Below, piece after piece: positions 27,175 to 34,587 of a stretch of DNA of 64,000 nucleotides (within the stretch, counting starts at the first letter, position 1; every line of letters starts with the position of its first letter). Below the pieces are notes generated by a model. That model did no database searches and had not been told where the DNA came from. It saw only the letters and a program-made list of their open reading frames with translations. This DNA is from an uncultured bacterium. Lineage in GTDB: Bacteria; Acidobacteriota; Thermoanaerobaculia; Multivoradales; JAHZIX01. The DNA is taken from NCBI GenBank assembly GCA_965368975.1, contig CBDUPA010000001.1, positions 416,001 through 480,000 of the forward strand. Reading direction: 5' to 3'. The translations under genes and the position numbers were made by a program.

Positions 27175-27468
27175 TCAGGCCGATTCGACGTCGGCGGTGA
27201 TCAGCACGTTGACCTCGGAGCGGCCCTTGCGGTCGCCGTCGTCACGCATGTCGAAGGTGACGTCGAAGCTGACGCCGGTGCCCTGCGGCGTGACGTTGGA
27301 GACCTCGAACTGGATGTTCTTCAGGTGGTGGTCCGAAGAGCCGTAGGTGGAGCTGAAGCCCTGGATGGCGCCGCCGGCGGTGCGCACGGTGTTGCCGAAC
27401 TCGGCGAAACTGCTCTGGGTACCGGGCTTGTCGAAGGTGAAGTGCTTGGGGGAGAAGCGGATGGCCAT
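27175..27468 (-). CDS. Small beta-rich hypothetical protein (97 aa), possibly H-type-lectin-like
   Basis: AAGGAGG RBS before ATG 27468; alternating beta-strand pattern, GFSSTYGSSDHHL motif. Confidence 0.75.
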   Translation of the reverse strand: MAIRFSPKHFTFDKPGTQSSFAEFGNTVRTAGGAIQGFSSTYGSSDHHLKNIQFEVSNVTPQGTGVSFDVTFDMRDDGDRKGRSEVNVLITADVESA

Positions 27469-27740
27469 TGGGGGATCCTCCTTGGATCGATGTGGGTGGT
27501 CTGCGGCAGTGTTGCCGCGGCCGGTTGTTGTTGCGTCTCGGCGAATTGCCGTGTGGCGTCTTGCCGCGAACAACCGGGTAGTGGGATGACCAGCGCGGCT
27601 ATCGCACCAGGGAGGAAACTTTCTTGGCTGGGGCTAGGGATCGGAGCGGTCGCAGGGGGGGTGAAGCCCTCGGGCGAGGGCCTCGGCACGGCTCAGGTGG
27701 GACTCGGGAAGAGGCCGGGGATTCGAGAAGAGGCGGGGGT

Positions 27741-28544
27741 TCAGGAAGGCGTCTGCAGACGGAAGGGATAGCTGCCGACGTCGACCGTACCGCCGTCGGG
27801 AAGGTTGCCGGTGACGGTCAGGCGGTAGTCGCCGGTGGGCAGGAAGCCCGAGGGAAAGGTGAGCTGGATGACTTCCAGCACGTTCGGCTGCAAGTCATCC
27901 AGCTCGAAGCGAGCTGTACCCTCGGCGTCGAGGATACGCACGCGGTAAGACTGGATGCGTAGATCGCTTCCGGCGTCGATGGCCAAGGACCAGGGGGTAC
28001 CTGCGTCGACGATTGGTTCACCGGCGGCAGCTTCGTCGCCGCGCATCACTCCCAGCAGTGTGGTCGGGATCTGGACGAGGGGTGCTTGTAGCAAGCCGGA
28101 CGGCGGCGATTCTGAGCCAGGCGGCGTGGTGGCCAGCTGCTGGCGCAGGCTCTGGTTGACGCTCCAGGAGAAGAGTAGGGCGAGACCGAGTACGAGCACA
28201 GCGGCGGTGCTCAGCCACGGGCGGTAGCGGCCCAGCCAGCCGAGCAAGCCGGCGCGCAGCACGCTGGCTTGCACCACGGCGCGTGCGGCCTCTTGCGCCG
28301 CGACAGTGTGCAGGCCGCGCTCGAAACTGCGCTGCACTTCCAGCTCTTCCTGGCAGCGAGCGCAGTCCAGGAAGTGTGCCTCGAAGCGGGCCTCCTCCGC
28401 GGCAGACAGGGCGCCGCGGTGGTAGCGCTCGATCACGTTCGCTGCCTCGATCTCGTCATGATCCAGGGGTGCGTCGAACTGGTTCGGTGCTGGGGGCTCG
28501 GTAGGTTCTAGTGGATAATCGGGGTCCGTGTCAGGGTTTTCCAT
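27741..28544 (-). CDS. zf-HC2 anti-sigma factor with TM helix and extracytoplasmic domain
   Basis: FEAHFLDCARC (HxxxCxxC); TM WLSTAAVLVLGLALLFSW; directly downstream of ECF sigma. Confidence 0.88.
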   Translation of the reverse strand: MENPDTDPDYPLEPTEPPAPNQFDAPLDHDEIEAANVIERYHRGALSAAEEARFEAHFLDCARCQEELEVQRSFERGLHTVAAQEAARAVVQASVLRAGLLGWLGRYRPWLSTAAVLVLGLALLFSWSVNQSLRQQLATTPPGSESPPSGLLQAPLVQIPTTLLGVMRGDEAAAGEPIVDAGTPWSLAIDAGSDLRIQSYRVRILDAEGTARFELDDLQPNVLEVIQLTFPSGFLPTGDYRLTVTGNLPDGGTVDVGSYPFRLQTPS

Positions 28545-28580
28545 TGTTTCGCTTCCAAAGTCAATCAGATCATTAAGCCT

Positions 28581-29285
28581 TTAGTGATGCGAGACGGCCA
28601 CGGATCGCATCCAGAGCGAAAAAAGGTGCCACCAGGCGCTGGCGAAGAGCAGCAGGAAGAGAACGTGAGCCTGAGACGATCCAGGTCGCAAGTCTCTCAT
28701 CCGCTCCATGTAGAGTTCTTTGTAGCGCTGGCGAGCTCGATGCAAGACGCGATTGAATTGCAGACTGCTCAGATCGTGATCGGCAGCGATGGTGTCCTTG
28801 TCTTCGTCGGCCAGGTAGAAGCGAAACAGAATCTCGCGATCGCGCTCGGTCGGTAGATCTTCGAGGGTGCGTCGCACCAGCTGCGCCTCTTCGTTGCGCA
28901 GCAGGTCGCGCAGCGGGCTGCCCTGAGCTTGCTCGCCGTCACCAGAGTCGCTCTCGGTCTCCACTGCTTCGCTGTCCGCTTCGGTCTTGCGGCGGATGGC
29001 CTTGCGGTAGTGCTCGGTCGCCAGGTTGCGCGCCAGGCTCGAGAGAAAACTGGATAGCTTGGCACTATCGCGCAGCTCACCGGCCCGCAGCTTGACCACC
29101 GCCAGGCGGAAGGTGTCTTGGAACAAGTCTTCCGCTTCGACCCGCGTGCGCGTGTGGCGTTGCAGGACGATGCGCACGCCACGGGCGTAGCGCTCGACCA
29201 GCGCTGCCTCGGCTTCTGGCTGCCCTCGGCGGATCTGCTCGGCGAGCTGTGCAGGACTCTGGGCTGGCCGACTGGAAGCGTTCAT
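28581..29285 (-). CDS. ECF sigma-70 factor with hydrophobic C-terminal extension
   Basis: AEDLFQDTF, LARNLA (region 2); LHRARQR (region 4); tail HVLFLLLFASAWWHLFSLW. Confidence 0.88.
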   Translation of the reverse strand: MNASSRPAQSPAQLAEQIRRGQPEAEAALVERYARGVRIVLQRHTRTRVEAEDLFQDTFRLAVVKLRAGELRDSAKLSSFLSSLARNLATEHYRKAIRRKTEADSEAVETESDSGDGEQAQGSPLRDLLRNEEAQLVRRTLEDLPTERDREILFRFYLADEDKDTIAADHDLSSLQFNRVLHRARQRYKELYMERMRDLRPGSSQAHVLFLLLFASAWWHLFSLWMRSVAVSHH

Positions 29286-29324
29286 TTGGCGGCGAATGCT
29301 AGCACGCCGCACCGGCGGGGTCCG

Positions 29325-29756
29325 TCAGCCGTTGCCCGAGTCCTCGGCGCCCCACACACCGGCGTTGCGCGGATCACCGATGGTGAGGTTCATGGTGGCG
29401 GAACGGTAGGCTGGTTGGTTGGCATCTTGGTAGAGAGTCATCAGGGAAATCTGGTACGACATCAGCTCGGGCATCAGCTGATCGACTAGCCAGTAGGTAG
29501 ATCCGTTGAGCGTGCCGTCCACCAAGTAGGCGAAGGCCGGCGGATGGCCTTCGGCTGGCAACGTGCGTTCGCCGGTCTTCGGGTCGATCACCGACAGACC
29601 AATTCGAACGCCGTCGGGTGGCGGATCGTGGTGCTTCCCGGTACCGAGGCAGAGCTGGAAACCGGGACGAATGAGGGGTTCACCGGGTGATCTGAGCGAG
29701 CTGTCGCCGTGACGGAAGGTGAAGGTGCCGACGAATTCACTGAGCAGTCTGGCCAT
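29325..29756 (-). CDS. Hypothetical protein (143 aa) between CHAT protease and ECF sigma
   Basis: GGAG RBS; tightly packed and co-oriented in the run; no signal peptide. Confidence 0.7.
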   Translation of the reverse strand: MARLLSEFVGTFTFRHGDSSLRSPGEPLIRPGFQLCLGTGKHHDPPPDGVRIGLSVIDPKTGERTLPAEGHPPAFAYLVDGTLNGSTYWLVDQLMPELMSYQISLMTLYQDANQPAYRSATMNLTIGDPRNAGVWGAEDSGNG

Positions 29757-29798
29757 TCTTGAACTCCATTCAAGGAAGGGGAGGGCCGGCAGCGCGGG

Positions 29799-32700
29799 TC
29801 AACGCCAGTCTCCGATCAGCACGAAGCCGGCCCAGTGGTAAGGATCGCGAAAGCGCAAGGTCGTTGACACCTGGCGCTGGGCCTCGGCGAGAGCCTCGGC
29901 GGGCGGTCGTGCTTGTAGGAACAGGCCACGGTAGAAGCGAGTCATGAGGTCGGCAGTGGTGCGGTCCTCGACCGGCCATAGGCTGGCGACGACCCGGCGG
30001 GACCCCGCGTACATGAAGGCCCGCGCCAGGCTGATCGGACCTTCACCGCGCACCACCGGACCGAGCGCGGTGCGGCAGCCGGAGAGGACGATCAGCTCGG
30101 CGTCCAGGTGCAGGTCGTAGATGTCGTGCAGGCTCAGGAAGCCGGAAGTCGAGGCCATGGATGTGGAGGACCGTGATGCCGACAGCACTAGGCCGGAGAG
30201 GGCGGGATCAGTGGTGTCGATGACGCCATGGGTGGCGAAGTGCAGCACTTCGAAATCCCGCAGACGGCCACCAGTAGCCAGAGCGCGGTTCGCCTCGGGA
30301 CCCAGAGCGACCAGGGTCTTGGCCCCGGGCGCCGCTTGCACGATCGCTCCGGCTTCGCCTCGGCTGGCTGGCAGAGGTGGGTAGTCGGCGGCGAAGGCCG
30401 GGTCGGCGAAGATGGCCAGCGAGGCGGGGGGCTTGGGCTGTTGGGCACCAGAGGCCGGGTGCAGGCGGCGGTCGAGGGCCAGCACCGAGGCGGACGGCAG
30501 GTAGACGACCTCCGTGCGCGCGATCAGGCGATCACCCGCGAGCGGCAGCGCGGCGAAGGGCAGCAAGTGGAGACTGCCGTCGGCGATCACGGCCAGGCGC
30601 TGCGGCGCGTCTCGTCCATCTAGCGACGCGTCCAACAGGGCGTCCAGTCGCAGCCATGCGGCCACGTCGGTCGCTGCCGCGAAGTCTTGCCGGCGGCTGG
30701 CGGTGTCGAGATGGTTCCAGCCCTCGACCAGGCGCAGGACGGCGGTGTCGAGGCGGTCGCGCGCCGGTAGCTCGAAGGCGGTGATGTCGTGGTCGGTGAC
30801 GCGCCACAGGGTGCTGGAGTTCTCGCCCAGGTGGTAAACGGCGAGCACCGTGCCGGGGTCGAGCAGCGCCTGGATCTCGTCGGCCGACAGCGGTTGCGGG
30901 CGCACGATCTCGGCGTAGGCGGGGCTATGGCGGCGTAGCTCCGCGTCGAGCACGTCCAGACGCTGCAGCAGTTCGAGCTGCTCGGCGGCGAGGGTGTCGC
31001 GGCTGGCGGCGTCGAGGTTCGCGTCACGCAAGCGTTCGGTCTTGGCGCGCAGGCGTCGCAGCACGGTGGCGCGCTGCCGCTGCAGTTCCGGCGCCATCTC
31101 GACGGAGGGTTCGACGCGCGCCTCCTGCAGCATTTCGAGCAGCGCGCGCGCCCGGCCACGTTCGCTGATCTCCAGTGCTCGTCGCTGATGACCGGCGGTG
31201 GGGGCGGCGCGATGTGCCGCCATGTGCAACTCGACTGCTAGACCGTAGGCGTCGCGCAGCAGGTTGGAGTACGAGGTGCGTAGCTCCGGACCTTCGACGT
31301 GCGCGCGCAAGTCTTCGAGCCGATCGAGGGCCGCGCTGCTGTGGGCAAAAGCGTGGTCGAGCCGACCGGCAGCTTGCTCGACGCGGGCGAGCCGCAGCAG
31401 GATGTCCGCGGCGTAGGTGTCGAGCCTCCCGGCCTGCGCCAGCTCCAGTGCTACCTGTAGCTGTTGGCGGGCGTCTGCATACCGGCCTTGCCGTAAGTCG
31501 AGGATGCTGAGCCCGTGGCGTGCTTGGCTCTCGGTGCCACGGTCACCGATCTCGGCAGCCAGCTCGACCGCGCGCTGCAGCTCGGCGCGAGCTTGCTCGA
31601 GATTCTGGGGCTGCGGACCCTCGACTTGCAGGTAGGCATCGCCCAGCCGGCGCCGGGTTAGCGCCTCGCCGCGACGGTCACCGGCGTCCAGGCGTAGGGC
31701 CAGGGCCTGCCGGTGCAGCTCGATCGCCACTGTCGCTGGCTCGTCCGAGCCAGCCTCGATGCCGAGTTCGCGATGGCGCTCCGTGTCGATCTGCAGCTGC
31801 GCCAGGTTGTCGAGCGCGTTGGCCTCGCCTCGGCGGTCCTCGACCTGCTCGAACAGGCGCCGCGCGTGCTCGAAGCTCACCCGCGCTCGGTGCAACTCGC
31901 CCAGCGTCTTGTAAGCGTAGCCGGTGTTGCTGAGCACGCGCGCCTGCCAGCGACGTTCGCCGAGCTGGGCGAAGATGTCCGCTGCCTCGGTGTAGTTGGT
32001 CATCGCCGCTTCCAACTCGCCACGGCCGCGTCGCAGGACGCCCAGGTTGTTGAGCGTCTGTGCCTGGCCGAGGCGGTCGCCTTGGGTCGCCAGCAGGTCG
32101 AGAGCCCGCTGGTAGTGCGCCAGCGCTTGGTCGGGCTCGCCGAGATGTTCGGCGAGCCGGCCGAGATTGGTGCGCGCGGCGCTCTCGCTCTGCACTGCCC
32201 GCGCTGCTTCGATGCTGGGTAGGGCTTGTTCGTAGCAGGTGCGTCCCATGACCAGTTCGCCCTGGGCCAAGTCCATCAGGCAGAGGTTGCTCAGCGCGGC
32301 GGCGATCAGGTAGGTGTCCTCCTGGTTCTCGCCACCTATTCGAGCTTGTTGGAAAGCACCTCGCGCGGCGTCGAGCTCGCTCAGGCTCCACAGGTTCAGG
32401 CCCAGTTCATTGTGCGCGTAGGCCGCGAGCGACGCCTCGCCGACACGACTTGCCAGCTCGCGTGCCAAGCGAGCTGCTTCATAGGCTTTGCGCGGTGCGT
32501 CGAGCAGACGGTGCAGGACGGCCTTCACGTAGAGCATGCGAGCCGCTTCGATCCGGTCATGACCCGCCAGCCAGAAGTCGTACGCTGCCTCGAGGTGAAG
32601 GAGTGCCTGGCGCCAGGCCTCGGGGGTTTCTCGCGGGTACAGCCGAGCCGCGGCGGTCCAAGCTGAGGCGGCTTGCCGGTGCCGGGTGTCGAGGATCGAC

Positions 32701-33227
32701 TCGGCACGTAGACGGTAGGTGCCGGCTGGCGCACCGACCTCGCGACCTCGGAGAGCGATGCGGTAGCTGCTGGTTGCGGCTTCGGTGTTGGCGTCCAGTA
32801 TGACGGATTCGAAGCCTTGGCGATCGAACGGCCCGTCGACCAAGAAGCTGGTGTCGATGATCGCGGCCCGCTCCAAACGAGCCTGGCCGGTCTCGCTCTG
32901 CACCTCGACTTGGATCTCCAGGTCGATGCCGTGCTGCTGGGCAATCACGTACGTCGCCTGCCCAGCGTCGAGATCCAGGCGGTAGGAATGGGTCTCGCCA
33001 GCTTCGAGAGTGCGGACCACCGTCACATCGAGCCGAAGCGGAGTCGCCCCCTGTTGTGTCTCGGACGGCAAGGCTCCAGCCCAGGTTGGAAGTGTACAGG
33101 CCACGAACACGACCGCGACAACCTTCCGGAACCGGGCCTTGTAGCTGGTGGTCGGGGAGGGGGTCGTGGTGTTCACCTCGGAGCTAGGTCTGGGGGGTGG
33201 TGGAAGGCCCAGTCTACCCGACCTCAT
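29799..33227 (-). CDS. TPR-CHAT (caspase-like, CD clan) protease with N-terminal signal-like segment and PPC-like domain
   Basis: Catalytic His VLHFATHG and Cys VLSGCRT; ASLWPVED, PYHWAGF; many TPRs (LNNLG); start may be the downstream GTG. Confidence 0.93.
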   Translation of the reverse strand: MRSGRLGLPPPPRPSSEVNTTTPSPTTSYKARFRKVVAVVFVACTLPTWAGALPSETQQGATPLRLDVTVVRTLEAGETHSYRLDLDAGQATYVIAQQHGIDLEIQVEVQSETGQARLERAAIIDTSFLVDGPFDRQGFESVILDANTEAATSSYRIALRGREVGAPAGTYRLRAESILDTRHRQAASAWTAAARLYPRETPEAWRQALLHLEAAYDFWLAGHDRIEAARMLYVKAVLHRLLDAPRKAYEAARLARELASRVGEASLAAYAHNELGLNLWSLSELDAARGAFQQARIGGENQEDTYLIAAALSNLCLMDLAQGELVMGRTCYEQALPSIEAARAVQSESAARTNLGRLAEHLGEPDQALAHYQRALDLLATQGDRLGQAQTLNNLGVLRRGRGELEAAMTNYTEAADIFAQLGERRWQARVLSNTGYAYKTLGELHRARVSFEHARRLFEQVEDRRGEANALDNLAQLQIDTERHRELGIEAGSDEPATVAIELHRQALALRLDAGDRRGEALTRRRLGDAYLQVEGPQPQNLEQARAELQRAVELAAEIGDRGTESQARHGLSILDLRQGRYADARQQLQVALELAQAGRLDTYAADILLRLARVEQAAGRLDHAFAHSSAALDRLEDLRAHVEGPELRTSYSNLLRDAYGLAVELHMAAHRAAPTAGHQRRALEISERGRARALLEMLQEARVEPSVEMAPELQRQRATVLRRLRAKTERLRDANLDAASRDTLAAEQLELLQRLDVLDAELRRHSPAYAEIVRPQPLSADEIQALLDPGTVLAVYHLGENSSTLWRVTDHDITAFELPARDRLDTAVLRLVEGWNHLDTASRRQDFAAATDVAAWLRLDALLDASLDGRDAPQRLAVIADGSLHLLPFAALPLAGDRLIARTEVVYLPSASVLALDRRLHPASGAQQPKPPASLAIFADPAFAADYPPLPASRGEAGAIVQAAPGAKTLVALGPEANRALATGGRLRDFEVLHFATHGVIDTTDPALSGLVLSASRSSTSMASTSGFLSLHDIYDLHLDAELIVLSGCRTALGPVVRGEGPISLARAFMYAGSRRVVASLWPVEDRTTADLMTRFYRGLFLQARPPAEALAEAQRQVSTTLRFRDPYHWAGFVLIGDWR

Positions 33228-33367
33228 GGTGAGCGTCGAGCCGATGGGGTGGTACGCCTTCGTCTCGCCGCGCGGACTGTCCGTGTTCCGGTTGAATTGC
33301 TCTACTTCTCACCGTTGCTGGTCTACGGGCTGTGACCACGCCGCGCTGCGCGCGCATAGATCAGAGA

Positions 33368-34537
33368 CTACTCAGGCGCCTCCTCTTCACTTGGGGGCAG
33401 GGGGCTCGGCATTTCCTTGATGTAGACGTCCTGCTTGGCGTACGGGATCTCGATGCCGGCGGCGTTGAAGGCCTTGTAGACCTCCATGAACAGCTCGTGA
33501 CGCAGACGCCCGCGCAGCACCGGCTCGTCGATCCAGCACAGCAACTCGAAGTCGAGGCTGGACGCACCGAAGGCCCGCATGCGTACGCGCGGCTCGGGGT
33601 CTGGGCAGATGTGCTCGTGGCCGACGGCGATCTGCTGGAGCAGGTCGCATACCTGGTCGACGTCTGAGCCGTAGGCGACTCCCACCGGAATGCGGATGCG
33701 TTCCTTTTCCCACGGGCCACCGCTCTCGTTGATGATCTTGGCGTTGGCGATGATCGCGTTGGGTAGCGTGATCTCGATGTCGTCGCGGGTGAGCAGACGC
33801 GTCGAGCGGATGCCGACGTGCGTCACTCTCCCACGTTCGCCGCTGTCGAGAACCACCCAATCACCGATCTTGTAGGGCGTATCGGCCAGAATGAAGAAGC
33901 CGGAGAAGAGGTTGGCCAGCGTGTCCTTGGCGGCGAAGCCAACGGCGATACCGATGACGCCTGCCGAGGCCAACCAGGCAGTCGGGTCGATGCCCCAGAT
34001 CAGCAGCAGCGCATAGGCACCGGCACCCAACGTGACCAGTTTGGCCACCATGTCGAAGAGCGGCATGGTGCGCTCCTCGATCAGCGGGAATCGTTCCCGG
34101 TACCGCGAGAGCAAGTCGAGCACCAGCCGGCACATCGGCATCGCGGCTCTCAGCCAGATCAACACCAGGATGGTGAACAGCAGACGCAGCGTGATGTCAG
34201 TGATGAAAGGAGAGATCTTCAGGCTGACGATCGCCAGTGCCAGGCCTACGAAGAGGACGGTATTGAAGACTGGTCGGTCGAGCAGCAGGATGATTGCGTC
34301 GTCGAGGTCTGTAGAGGTCTTGGCTGTCAGGCGCCGCAGGCCACGGCGGAAGATGATTTCGACGATCTTGGCGACCAGCATCGACAAGAGGATGATCACG
34401 ACGAAGCCGAGGATCGGCACGCTGTCGATCCAGGTCCAGACATCGACGACCTCTTGCGGTATCCAGTCGGGTACCTCCAGGGTCAAGGTTTCCGGGGTTT
34501 CCGCGGCTGTAGAGGGGGGCGTTGGGGCCTGCTGCAT
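33368..34537 (-). CDS. Mechanosensitive ion channel MscS family protein
   Basis: GIAVGFAAKDTLANLFSG, PYKIGDWV, IGIRST, FGASSLDF, GIEIPY; AGGAGG RBS. Confidence 0.95.
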   Translation of the reverse strand: MQQAPTPPSTAAETPETLTLEVPDWIPQEVVDVWTWIDSVPILGFVVIILLSMLVAKIVEIIFRRGLRRLTAKTSTDLDDAIILLLDRPVFNTVLFVGLALAIVSLKISPFITDITLRLLFTILVLIWLRAAMPMCRLVLDLLSRYRERFPLIEERTMPLFDMVAKLVTLGAGAYALLLIWGIDPTAWLASAGVIGIAVGFAAKDTLANLFSGFFILADTPYKIGDWVVLDSGERGRVTHVGIRSTRLLTRDDIEITLPNAIIANAKIINESGGPWEKERIRIPVGVAYGSDVDQVCDLLQQIAVGHEHICPDPEPRVRMRAFGASSLDFELLCWIDEPVLRGRLRHELFMEVYKAFNAAGIEIPYAKQDVYIKEMPSPLPPSEEEAPE

Positions 34538-34587
34538 GATGTGAAGTCCTCCTGGATCAAGCGTGCGCTGAGTGTACGCGATTCCGC

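Noticed and set aside
29799-33227. CHAT protease as part of a type III-E CRISPR (Craspase) locus
   Set aside because: No Cas7-11, other cas genes or array in the window; used only as an analogy
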